The position numbers and the translations under genes were made by a program. 64,000 nt of DNA from Candidatus Latescibacterota bacterium. Its GTDB lineage: Bacteria; Latescibacterota; UBA2968; GCA-2709665. This document shows, in pieces, positions 28,640 to 37,747 of the stretch (positions within the stretch are counted from its first letter, which is position 1; each line of letters starts with the position of its first letter). Location: the NCBI GenBank assembly GCA_965205485.1, contig OZ242180.1, positions 2,368,001-2,432,000 on the forward strand. The letters are read 5' to 3'. Under the pieces are notes generated by a model. It saw nothing but the letters and a program-made list of their open reading frames with translations. It searched no databases and had not been told where the DNA came from.

Positions 28640-31171
28640 TTGATCCGATACTTCGCTAAATCGCTGGGCGCCCAGCTGCGCGCGGGAGGCAGCCTCTATT
28701 TTCTGACGGTATTCGGCGTAGCGCTTGGCGTTGCTTCGGTACTCTCCATTCAAATTGTGAATTTCAATGCGCTGGCCGCGTTCGAGGGGACGGTGCGGGC
28801 GGTAAGCGGGGAGGCGGACTTGAGCGTGCTGGGAAAGACGCCGGCGTTTTCGGAATATCTTTACTCCGATGCGCTGTCCGTGGAGGGTGTGGCGGCGGCC
28901 TGGCCGTTGTACCGCACGGACGTGGCGCTGGCGGGCCGGGAGAGGTTTTACCTCGAGGTTCTGGGGGTTGACTTTTTCACGCCTATGCGCATCCCTTGGC
29001 GGGACGACCCCGGGGATCTTCCGGCCGCGCTCGCTGGCGACGGCTGGAGCGCAGTAACGCCGGACCTGGCAAAGCGGTTCGGCTGGGCCGTGGGCGATAC
29101 GTTCGAGGTACACAGCGGGATTCGACGGGTGCGGCTGCGCGTGGGGGCGCTGGTGGACTTCCGGGCGCTGAGCCCGGTCGCCAGTCGGAAGCTGGTGGTT
29201 ATGGATATCGCGCAGGCGCAGGCGCTGCTGGGGCGGAAGGGCCAGCTTCATCAGATTGACGTGCGGGTGGCCAGGGGCGCGGACCCCGCCGCCGTCCGAA
29301 GACGATTGCAGGAAAGGCTTGGACCCGGGGTGCGCGTGGCAACGCCCGGCCAGCGGTCGGAGCAGGCCGAGGGTCTGCTTGCGGCATTCAGGCTGAATCT
29401 CTCGGCGATGAGCCTGATCAGCCTGTTCGTCGGGTTGTTTCTGGTTTACAGCAGCACCCAGGCGGGGTTGATACGGCGGCGGACGGAGTTGGGACTTCTG
29501 CGCTCGCTTGGCGCCACACGGGCGCAGGTCCTTGCGCTGATCCTGGGGGAGGTGGCGCTTCTGGGGGCGGTAGGCGTGCTGCTCGGGCTGCCGTTGGGGT
29601 ACTGGGCCGCCGAGGCGAACCTGGAGGTCGTGAGCGCGACGCTGACCAATCTCTACCTTCTGGAGGAAATCTCATCCCTTAAGCTGCCAGGGTGGTTGTA
29701 CGGACTGGGCGTGGCGATCGGGATGGGCGGCGCCGTGGCGGGCGCCCTGGCGCCGGCGCTGGACATGAGTCGGCGGGATACCCGCGTCCTCCTTTCGGCA
29801 GTTCCGCTTCAGGAACGGACAGGTCCGCTGGTATTGCGGCTTTTCTGCGCGGGCATGGGTATTCTTGCGGCGGCCGGAATCTGGTACCTCGCGTGGGGCA
29901 GGGAATGGAAACACGCCGGGTTCGTGCTTTGCGTGGCGCTCCTCATCGGACTGCCGTTATGCGCGCCCTTCGCGATCAGCCAGGTTTGCGGCCGGGTGCG
30001 CGTAAGGGGATTCGGGCCGGGTTACAGCCTGAGGGCGCTGGCCGTCCGCATCCGGACGACGTCGTTCGCGGTGGCGTCTCTGGCCATCGCCGTCAGCATG
30101 CTGGTCGGCATCACGCTGATGATCGGAAGCTTCCGCCGGACGATGGAAGTGTGGGTCAACGCGTCTGTTCGGGCGGATGTGTATATTTCGCCCTCTTCCT
30201 GGCGTGGGCGCGGAAACGAGGGTACACTGAATGATGAACTCGTGGCTTCGTTGGCTAGTTATCCGGGCGTGAAGATGGTGGACCGCCTCCGGGGATTCCC
30301 CGCCTGGTCCGGCGACCGTCAGATTGGACTGGCCGGGGTTGACATGGCGCTTCCCGGAGGCGAGGTACGTTTTCCGCTGCTCGACGGGAACGTGGATGAG
30401 GCGATCCGAAGGGTGCGGGAGGAGTCCGCGGTTCTTGTCGGAGAAACGCTTGCCCGTGGTGTTGATAAGTGGAAGGGCGACGAAATCGCGGTATCCGGGC
30501 CGGACGGGGAGGTCCGGTTTGACGTGGCGGGTGTGTACTACGACTACCACACGGGCGGCGGCGCGGTTGTCATGGACCTGAAAACACTTGAGACCATCTT
30601 CGGACCCGGGCCGGTCAACGGGGCGGCGCTCTTCCTCGAGCCAGGATGGGACGCGGACACGGTAATCGAGAATCTGAAAGCGCGGTATTCGGAAGCGCCA
30701 CTTCAGATTCGCAGCAATCGCCGGCTCAGAGACGAGGTGTTCCGGATCTTCGATCAGACGTTTCTGGTCACACGGATCCTGCAGGGGATGAGTCTGCTGA
30801 TTGCCGTATGCGGCATCATGCTGATGCTTCTCGTGCTCGTGCGGGAGCAAGCGGCCGAACTGGCGTTGTATCGCGCGGTTGGGGCGAAGCGCAGCCAGGT
30901 CTTCCTGGTGTTTCTGGGCCAGGGCATGGGTTTCGGACTGTTGGGATTGGCGCTCGGACTTCTAGGGGGCGTGCTGCTCGCGGGGGTGCTTGTCTTCGAG
31001 ATAAACAGGGCGTATTTCGGATGGACCATACAGGTCTATTGGCCCTGGGGACCCGTTCTCCAGCAGGTGGCCGCCATACTCGGCGCGGCCCTGCTGGCAA
31101 GTCTCTACCCCGCGGCGCGCGCGAGCCGTACTCCGGCTACCGAACTGGGCCGGGACGATCTGATGGCGTGA
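28640..31171 (+). CDS. FtsX/MacB-type ABC permease (AttF/G-like)
   Basis: GVALGVA, AFRLNLSAMS, ELGLLRSLGAT, MIGSFRRT, IFDQTF, INRAYFGWT. Confidence 0.88.
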   Translation: MIRYFAKSLGAQLRAGGSLYFLTVFGVALGVASVLSIQIVNFNALAAFEGTVRAVSGEADLSVLGKTPAFSEYLYSDALSVEGVAAAWPLYRTDVALAGRERFYLEVLGVDFFTPMRIPWRDDPGDLPAALAGDGWSAVTPDLAKRFGWAVGDTFEVHSGIRRVRLRVGALVDFRALSPVASRKLVVMDIAQAQALLGRKGQLHQIDVRVARGADPAAVRRRLQERLGPGVRVATPGQRSEQAEGLLAAFRLNLSAMSLISLFVGLFLVYSSTQAGLIRRRTELGLLRSLGATRAQVLALILGEVALLGAVGVLLGLPLGYWAAEANLEVVSATLTNLYLLEEISSLKLPGWLYGLGVAIGMGGAVAGALAPALDMSRRDTRVLLSAVPLQERTGPLVLRLFCAGMGILAAAGIWYLAWGREWKHAGFVLCVALLIGLPLCAPFAISQVCGRVRVRGFGPGYSLRALAVRIRTTSFAVASLAIAVSMLVGITLMIGSFRRTMEVWVNASVRADVYISPSSWRGRGNEGTLNDELVASLASYPGVKMVDRLRGFPAWSGDRQIGLAGVDMALPGGEVRFPLLDGNVDEAIRRVREESAVLVGETLARGVDKWKGDEIAVSGPDGEVRFDVAGVYYDYHTGGGAVVMDLKTLETIFGPGPVNGAALFLEPGWDADTVIENLKARYSEAPLQIRSNRRLRDEVFRIFDQTFLVTRILQGMSLLIAVCGIMLMLLVLVREQAAELALYRAVGAKRSQVFLVFLGQGMGFGLLGLALGLLGGVLLAGVLVFEINRAYFGWTIQVYWPWGPVLQQVAAILGAALLASLYPAARASRTPATELGRDDLMA

Positions 31172-31272
31172 AGCCGGGCGGTGTGCCGCGAATTCTGTTT
31201 GCCAACGTCATCATGTGGCTGGATATTCCCGTTAGCACGACACAATCTTCGCCACTTTACAGGGGGTACCCA

Positions 31273-32535
31273 ATGAATCCTTTCCTGGTTCTGCAGACCG
31301 TACTGATCGCCCTGCTTGTGCTTGCGCTGGGGGCATTCGTGTGCTTCCTGTTCGTACCCGGTGCCGCATATTCCATATCTGCGGCTCTGAGTATTGACCA
31401 GAAAGCCGATGCGCTAAAGTTCCTGGGTATAGGCGCTGCCGGTGTCCTGGTTGCTCTGAACGCCCTGATGTTCTACAGACGCGCCAGGGCGATGGAGGAG
31501 GTCGCCAGAGCGCAGGCCGACGCCGCTTTTGAGCAGGCCAGGGCCACAGCGGAGCAGGCGCGCGCGCGCCGCGACGCCGAACTGGGACGGAGGCATCAAC
31601 GCCTGCATCACGGCGTCGAACACATGGGGCACGAGTCGGCTGCGGTTCGCCTGGGCGGCGCCTTTGAACTCTTCCACCTCGCGCAGGATACCGAATCTTT
31701 ACGACAGCCCGTGCTGGACATACTCTGCTCGCATATCCGCCGCACCACGGAACAGGACGCCTATCGGAGAAGGTACAGGTCGAGTCCTTCGGAGGAGGTC
31801 CAGAGCCTGCTTAACCTGTTGTTCACCTCCCCTCGCGGGATCTGTAGAGGGCTACGCATCGACCTGCAGGGATGCTGGTTGAACGGAGCGACACTCTGTG
31901 CCGCGTACCTGTGCGGCGCCAATCTTGCGGAGGCGAGGCTGCAGGGCGCGGACCTGGTCGGCGCGCAACTCCAGGGGGCGGACCTGTCATGGGCGCACCT
32001 GCAGGTGGCCGGTCTCTCGTGGACGAGGCTGCAGGGCGCGGACCTGGTCGGGACCCGGCTCGACGCCGCGAGCCTTTCCAGGGCGAACCTGCAGGGCGCG
32101 GATCTTGCCCGTTCGATGCTGCGCGGCGCGGCGCTGGGCCGCGCGCATCTGCAAAGCGCATTTATTGTGGGCGCAAATCTGCAGGGTGCGGACCTCGCCG
32201 ATGCGCAGTTCCAGGGTGTAAGAAGCCACGTGGACTACCCGGATTCCTTCACGGAGCGCATGAAGGCGTCCATCGGCGAAGAGACGGATCTGAGCGGGGC
32301 GATCTTCGGCGGCGGATTGACACTGGAGGAGGTGGAATCCATTCTGGAGGGGATGCACCACGAAACGGCAAACGACCTGCGGGAAAAGTTGACGCCCCAC
32401 GTCGGCAAGCCGACGTCCTACGAACTGCCGGAACACAGCGGCGCGGTCATCGGGGCCTACACGGACGAAGACGCCGAGAAATGGATCGCCGAATACCGGG
32501 AAGCGAGGGGAGAGGAGGCGGAGGACGAAGGCTGA
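31273..32535 (+). CDS. Membrane-anchored pentapeptide repeat protein
   Basis: Two N-terminal TM helices, AVRLGG..L..LA motif, tandem A(D/N)LxG repeats. Confidence 0.88.
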   Translation: MNPFLVLQTVLIALLVLALGAFVCFLFVPGAAYSISAALSIDQKADALKFLGIGAAGVLVALNALMFYRRARAMEEVARAQADAAFEQARATAEQARARRDAELGRRHQRLHHGVEHMGHESAAVRLGGAFELFHLAQDTESLRQPVLDILCSHIRRTTEQDAYRRRYRSSPSEEVQSLLNLLFTSPRGICRGLRIDLQGCWLNGATLCAAYLCGANLAEARLQGADLVGAQLQGADLSWAHLQVAGLSWTRLQGADLVGTRLDAASLSRANLQGADLARSMLRGAALGRAHLQSAFIVGANLQGADLADAQFQGVRSHVDYPDSFTERMKASIGEETDLSGAIFGGGLTLEEVESILEGMHHETANDLREKLTPHVGKPTSYELPEHSGAVIGAYTDEDAEKWIAEYREARGEEAEDEG

Positions 32536-32563
32536 TACTGACACCAGATGGGATCTCGTCGCA

Positions 32564-32622
32564 CGGGTCGAGGGCATACTGCCATCGTTGCGCCTTCATT
32601 GCATTTGCAGGTGCGACCGGCC
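32564..32622 (+). repeat. Degenerate direct repeat, copy 1 (left of the WD40 gene)
   Basis: 50/59 identity (hand alignment) to 33998-34056. Confidence 0.75.
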
Positions 32623-32794
32623 TTTCTCCCCCTTTCCTTCAGGAGAGTGGGCCGGGAGGAGAGGTCTTCGGGGGTGTGGAGGGGTAGGTCTTGATTTCGC
32701 CTCTCGTTGCTGGTTTTCGCTGACAGCTGACCACTGATTGCTGAGAGCCTTAACTAAGAGTGAGCTCCACTTTTACCAAAGAAACGGGTATCCT

Positions 32795-33955
32795 GTGAAA
32801 AAGAGCTACAGTTTCGGTATTGCCGTCCTTTTTGTCTTCGTCATGGTGGCGCAAAACAGCTTCGCACAAGGAAACAACCCCGTCAGTTTGGTCGAAGGCC
32901 GCGTCATTCTGCGAGGACACACCTCGGGGGTTTCGTCCTTGTCGTTTTCGCCTGACGGGCTAACGCTTGCCAGTGGGAGCAATGACGCGACGATCCGATT
33001 GTGGGACGTGGTTGCCCTTCGAGAAAAGACCAGACTTACGGGCCACCCGGGGCTTGTCAATTCCGTGGTGTTTTCGCCGGACGGGAAGACGCTGGCCAGC
33101 AGCAACGAAGACGTTCGATTGTGGGATGTGGCCAGCGGTCAGGAGAAGGCGCCGTTGGAGGGCCATATGAGGGCTTTTTTCGCCCTGACGTTTTCGCCGG
33201 ACGGAAGCACGCTCGCCGCGTGCCTTGGAGACATTCATTGGTGGGACGTGGCCAGCCGTCGGGAGAAGCCCAGGCTGCGAGGTCATTCGCCCAGTGCCTT
33301 TACCGTGACGTTCTCACCTGATGGGCGAACGCTTGCCAGCGGAGGCAACGACACTACGGTTCGATTGTGGGACGCGGACACGGGTCGACAGATAGCCACG
33401 TTTTGGGATAATGCGGGTTCGGTTGGTACCGTGCTGTTTTCGCCCGACGGGAGGACTCTCGCCAGCGGCAGTGGAGACGATTCGATTCGATTGCGGGATA
33501 TTGCCACCGGACGGAAGAAGGCAACAATACAAGGTCCTGACGGCTCGGTTTCGTCATTCACATTCTCACCGGATGGGAGTACTATCGCCAGCGGAGGGGG
33601 AGACCATACGGTTCGATTGTGGGATCTGGCCAGCGGTAAGGAGAAGGCCACACTCCGGGGGCATACGGGTTCGGTTGGTTGTGTCTTGTTCTCGCCGGAC
33701 GGGAGGATTCTCGCCAGCGCGAGCAGGGACGGTACGATTGTCTTGTGGAATGTGTCCCCGCATATCACCCCTCAGCCCGCCGATCCGGACTTCGATGGCA
33801 ATGGGGCCGTTGACTTCGCCGATTTCTTGAAATTCGCCGCGCATTTCGGGCTGAGTTTTGGCGATGTTGGATATTACACGGGTTATGATATCGACGGCGA
33901 CGGCGCGATTGCATTCGATGATTTTCTAATTTTCGCAAAAGCGTTCGGCAGGTAG
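32795..33955 (+). CDS. Secreted WD40-repeat protein with C-terminal dockerin/EF-hand-like motifs
   Basis: Signal peptide; about 7 GH..FSPDG.TLAS..D.T.RLWD repeats; DFDGNGAVDFADFL and DIDGDGAIAFDDFL. Confidence 0.92.
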   Translation: MKKSYSFGIAVLFVFVMVAQNSFAQGNNPVSLVEGRVILRGHTSGVSSLSFSPDGLTLASGSNDATIRLWDVVALREKTRLTGHPGLVNSVVFSPDGKTLASSNEDVRLWDVASGQEKAPLEGHMRAFFALTFSPDGSTLAACLGDIHWWDVASRREKPRLRGHSPSAFTVTFSPDGRTLASGGNDTTVRLWDADTGRQIATFWDNAGSVGTVLFSPDGRTLASGSGDDSIRLRDIATGRKKATIQGPDGSVSSFTFSPDGSTIASGGGDHTVRLWDLASGKEKATLRGHTGSVGCVLFSPDGRILASASRDGTIVLWNVSPHITPQPADPDFDGNGAVDFADFLKFAAHFGLSFGDVGYYTGYDIDGDGAIAFDDFLIFAKAFGR

Positions 33956-33997
33956 GCGGGCGTGCCGGGCAGAAGAGGGGCCGGGGAGACAGATCCC

Positions 33998-34066
33998 CGG
34001 ATCGAGGGTATCCTGCCCTCGCTGCGTCTTCATCGCATTTGTAGGGGCGACCGGCCGGTCGCCCCT
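33998..34066 (+). repeat. Direct repeat copy 2, ending in a GTAG-type REP palindrome
   Basis: GTAGGGGCGACCGGCCGGTCGCCCCT at 34041-34066. Confidence 0.8.
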
Positions 34067-34185
34067 CTGTTGGCGCATGTTCTGTTCGACGCCGGTTGTG
34101 TCACGTGAGCCTGCATGGATTCGTCGCCGGCCGATTAGGACGATCGGCACCATTGTGACATGAAATTCCCAACCTGGAGTTCTCA

Positions 34186-35643
34186 ATGGGCATCCTGCGA
34201 GGGCATATTGTTGACGGCGCGACCGGCGAGCGGATCGACGCCAAGGTCCACGTGCTGACCTCCGACGGCCGTTTTGCGCATCCCCCCGAGGCCGTGCTCA
34301 AGCGGGGCCCCGGCACGCCGTTCTTCTTCTGCGACGGTTCCTTTGAGGTCCGGGGGGGCCGCGGGCGCACTGACGTCCTGGTGGAAAGAGGGACGGAATA
34401 CGAGCCCCGGCGAACGGTTGTCGACCTGCCCGAACACGGCTCGAAAGACGTCGAGATCGTCCTCAGCCGATGGTATTTCCCGCAGGAGAACAACTGGTAC
34501 CCTGGCAACACTCACATCCACTACGATGAAAGAGAATCGCGGCCGGACGACCGGCTGGCCATCGACTGCAGCGTCGAAGGCTACAACGTGACCGTGGTCA
34601 GCGTCCTGGACAGAAGGCAACTCCCCTACGCCAGCAACAAATATCCGATCGGCGTGATGAACGAATTCACCAGCGCGCATCACGTCCTGGACATCGGCGA
34701 AGAGAACCGCCACTACGGCGAGAACTCGCCCTGGGGTTTCGGGTACGGACACGTAATGTTTCTCAACATCCGCAACCTGGTCCAGCCCGTGAGCCGCGGC
34801 CACATCCTCACCGCCCAGTTCGACCCGGACTATCCGCCGCTCTGCTTCTGCTGCGACGAAGCGCGCGACCAGGGCGGTATCGTCATCTGGTGCCACAACG
34901 GCCGGGGCATGGAGGCGCCGGTCGCGGCGGTGCTCGGGAAGCTTGATGCGTTCAACCTGTTCGATCCCTTCTGGATGGACCCCGAATACGACCTCTGGTA
35001 CAAGCTCCTCAACTGCGGCATCCGCCTGCCCGCGTCCACCGGCACGGACTGGTTCGTCTGCTCCAACAACCGCGTGTACGTCAACACCAGCGACGCGTTT
35101 TCCTACGAGAACTGGATCGCCGGTATGAAGGCGGGCAACACCTTCATCACCAACGGCCCCGCCGTCGATCTGACCGTCAACGATCACCCGATGGGATCCA
35201 CGGTCCGGCTGCCCTCCGGAGGCGCGCTCGATATCGAGTCCAGCTTCAGTTCCTTCTATCCGGTCCATCGCGTGGAAATCGTAATGAACGGCCGCGTCAT
35301 CCACGCGGAGCACGATGACGAAGGTAAACGCGCGGGAGCCGTCCGCCATCGCGTGGACGTCGACAGGGACGGGTGGATCGCCGCGCGGCTCTGGGGCGAC
35401 GGGCGCGACAGCTTCGACCAGTCCATCTACGCCCATAGCAGCCCGGTCTATTTCTCGTGCGGCCGTCCCCCCGCCGAACGAGAGGAGTCCACGCAGTATT
35501 TCCTGAACGGAATCGACGACTCCCTGAAATGGATCGATACCTGGGGACGGTACAACACAGACCGGCAGCGTGAAGACGTCCGGGAGCTCTTCCGACAGGG
35601 GCGCGAGGGGTTCGCGGGGCTGGTGTCAGGTGGGTCCGGATGA
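34186..35643 (+). CDS. CehA/McbA-type (PHP fold) metallohydrolase
   Basis: WYPGNTHIH, GYGHV, WCH, WYKLLNCGIRLPASTGTD, TFITNGP, AHSSPVY. Confidence 0.85.
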   Translation: MGILRGHIVDGATGERIDAKVHVLTSDGRFAHPPEAVLKRGPGTPFFFCDGSFEVRGGRGRTDVLVERGTEYEPRRTVVDLPEHGSKDVEIVLSRWYFPQENNWYPGNTHIHYDERESRPDDRLAIDCSVEGYNVTVVSVLDRRQLPYASNKYPIGVMNEFTSAHHVLDIGEENRHYGENSPWGFGYGHVMFLNIRNLVQPVSRGHILTAQFDPDYPPLCFCCDEARDQGGIVIWCHNGRGMEAPVAAVLGKLDAFNLFDPFWMDPEYDLWYKLLNCGIRLPASTGTDWFVCSNNRVYVNTSDAFSYENWIAGMKAGNTFITNGPAVDLTVNDHPMGSTVRLPSGGALDIESSFSSFYPVHRVEIVMNGRVIHAEHDDEGKRAGAVRHRVDVDRDGWIAARLWGDGRDSFDQSIYAHSSPVYFSCGRPPAEREESTQYFLNGIDDSLKWIDTWGRYNTDRQREDVRELFRQGREGFAGLVSGGSG

Positions 35644-36356
35644 CCGAAATGGACTCGACGCTCTTGATCGTTTTTCTGGTTCCATCGGTTATCGCGTTGT
35701 GGCGATACGAAAACAGGTCCGTTTCACCGGAAAAGCGTTACCGGACGTTCTGGCCAAGGTTCCTGGCGGGTTTTGTTGACGGCCTGGTGCTTTGGCCCTT
35801 GTACGTGCTTCTAATTTTCATCCTTCGACTTGATGCACCAATCTGGTTGCACGTAACTGTTTATCTGGTATACAATGTGATTCTCTTTGTTTACACGATA
35901 TTCCTGCATGGCAAGTATGGGCAAACCGTTGGTAAAATGGTCACACGAGTCCAGATCGTTGACGCCAGGACCTGCGGCAGCATCTCGTTCAGACATGCCT
36001 TCCTCAGGGATAGCCTCCCAATCCTGTTCATGGTTCCCTGTATCGCTATCGACGCCCATGAACTGGCGCTTTCAAAGATGAAGAATGAACCGTGGCCGTC
36101 CGGCGAAGCCTCAACCGGTAGCTCGTGGGCTTTTCTGGTTCTGGTTGTCTGGTGGTTGGCCGAGGTCATCACGATGCTCACCAACACCAGACGTCGAGCA
36201 ATCCACGACTTTGTTGCCGGTACCGTCGTCGTCCGGACGAATCTGGGAGCACCCGTTGTTCAACCGACACGCGAACCGATTGAAGATACGACTCCTGAAA
36301 TGACGCCTGAACCGAAGCCTCGCGTAAAGAGAAGGTTCAGCTCGGTATTTCGTTAG
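35640..36356 (+). CDS. RDD family membrane protein
   Basis: FWPRFLAGFVDG, GQTVGK, RRAIHDFVAGTVVV. Confidence 0.9.
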   Translation: MTEMDSTLLIVFLVPSVIALWRYENRSVSPEKRYRTFWPRFLAGFVDGLVLWPLYVLLIFILRLDAPIWLHVTVYLVYNVILFVYTIFLHGKYGQTVGKMVTRVQIVDARTCGSISFRHAFLRDSLPILFMVPCIAIDAHELALSKMKNEPWPSGEASTGSSWAFLVLVVWWLAEVITMLTNTRRRAIHDFVAGTVVVRTNLGAPVVQPTREPIEDTTPEMTPEPKPRVKRRFSSVFR

Positions 36357-36372
36357 GCGAATCGCTCGAATC

Positions 36373-37530
36373 GTGAAATCGAACCCGAAAACGGAGCGCG
36401 CCTCGCTGTTTTCCGACAGAATTTGGGTTGCGCTCGCTTTTTTACTGTTCACGCCCGCCCCCGTGGTCCACGCCGGGGAGTGGAAGGCCGCCCGCTCGGA
36501 CTATCCGTGGTCCTTCCCGCAGGACCACTGGGCCCGTGACGGGTACAAGACGGAGTGGTGGTATTTTACGGGGCATCTGACGTCGGAGGACGGGCGCCGC
36601 TTCGGGTACCAGTTCACCTTCTTCAGGGTCGGCATGTTGCCGCAGCGCCCCTCGCTGGCCTCGGAATGGGCGGCCGGCAACGTGATCATGGGCCACGCGG
36701 CCATCGGCGATCTCGAGTCGCAACGCCATCACTTCAGTGAGGTGATCTACCGGATCACGCCCCTGCTCGGCGGGTTTGGCGAGTACCCGGACACGCTGAT
36801 CGCGTGGAGCCGGGCGCCCGCGGGTACCGACGCGCTCTGGACGCTGCGCTGGAACGGCTCGGGTTTCGATTTCACGATGACCGACAGCCGGCAGCGCATG
36901 GGATTCTCGCTTTCGACCCGGCCCGAAAAGGAGATGATCTACCAGGGGCCGAACGGATTCAGCAGAAAAGGCAACGCCGAGGCCGCGGCCAGCCAGTATT
37001 ACAGCTTTACCCGGCTTGCAACAACGGGCGAGATCAGGCTGGGCGGCGAGCGGCTTTCGGTAACGGGTCGGACCTGGATGGACAAGGAGTTCGGGTCGAA
37101 CCAGTTGGAAACCCATCAGGTGGGGTGGGACTGGTTCAGCCTGCAGCTCGACGACGGCCGCGAGGTGATGCTGTACGTGCTGCGGGACACCACGGGCGCC
37201 GCGGACCATGCCCGCGGTACAATCGTCTCGGCGTCGGGGCAGGCCACGTATCTGGCGCCCGAAGCGTTTTCCATTCGAGCGACCGGGACCTGGGAAAGTC
37301 CGGAGACGGATGCCGTGTATCCATCGCGTTGGGAGATCGCGCTGCCCGGCGAGGACCTGCGGATGTCGATCCGGCCCGTGATGGCGGACCAGGAGAATCG
37401 AAGCGCGTTGATCAAATCGATGTTCTATTGGGAGGGCGCGGTGGATATTACCGGCCCTGACAGGAAGCGGATTGGGCAGGGATACGTTGAACTCGTGGGG
37501 TACGGGACGGGAAGCCGGCCGCGGTTGTAG
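36373..37530 (+). CDS. AttH-like / carotenoid 1,2-hydratase lipocalin-like protein
   Basis: FPQDH, EWWYFTG, WMDKEF, GWDWFSLQL, YWEGAV, GYVELVGY. Confidence 0.9.
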   Translation: MKSNPKTERASLFSDRIWVALAFLLFTPAPVVHAGEWKAARSDYPWSFPQDHWARDGYKTEWWYFTGHLTSEDGRRFGYQFTFFRVGMLPQRPSLASEWAAGNVIMGHAAIGDLESQRHHFSEVIYRITPLLGGFGEYPDTLIAWSRAPAGTDALWTLRWNGSGFDFTMTDSRQRMGFSLSTRPEKEMIYQGPNGFSRKGNAEAAASQYYSFTRLATTGEIRLGGERLSVTGRTWMDKEFGSNQLETHQVGWDWFSLQLDDGREVMLYVLRDTTGAADHARGTIVSASGQATYLAPEAFSIRATGTWESPETDAVYPSRWEIALPGEDLRMSIRPVMADQENRSALIKSMFYWEGAVDITGPDRKRIGQGYVELVGYGTGSRPRL

Positions 37531-37594
37531 CGATCCGCGCCTGTCGGCGAGAGATGACATTAATCCGATGTACAGGCTGAGATACCATTCATGC

Positions 37595-37620
37595 GTAGGG
37601 GCGATCCTTGTGGTCGCCCT
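37595..37620 (+). repeat. GTAG-type REP palindrome
   Basis: GTAGGGGCGATCCTTGTGGTCGCCCT. Confidence 0.8.
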
Positions 37621-37747
37621 TTTTCGTTGTGTCTTACGTCGCGGGCAACCGGAGTGCATCCTGAAGGGTGTAAGTGCGGAGGATCGGCCAAAAGTAACCC
37701 TTGCAATTGTCCATTTGGAGGATAATTCGATTGAATCGTACCTCGCG

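Noticed and set aside
31860..33750. CRISPR-like periodic repeats
   Set aside because: The periodicity comes from pentapeptide and WD40 coding repeats; there are no identical repeats with unique spacers
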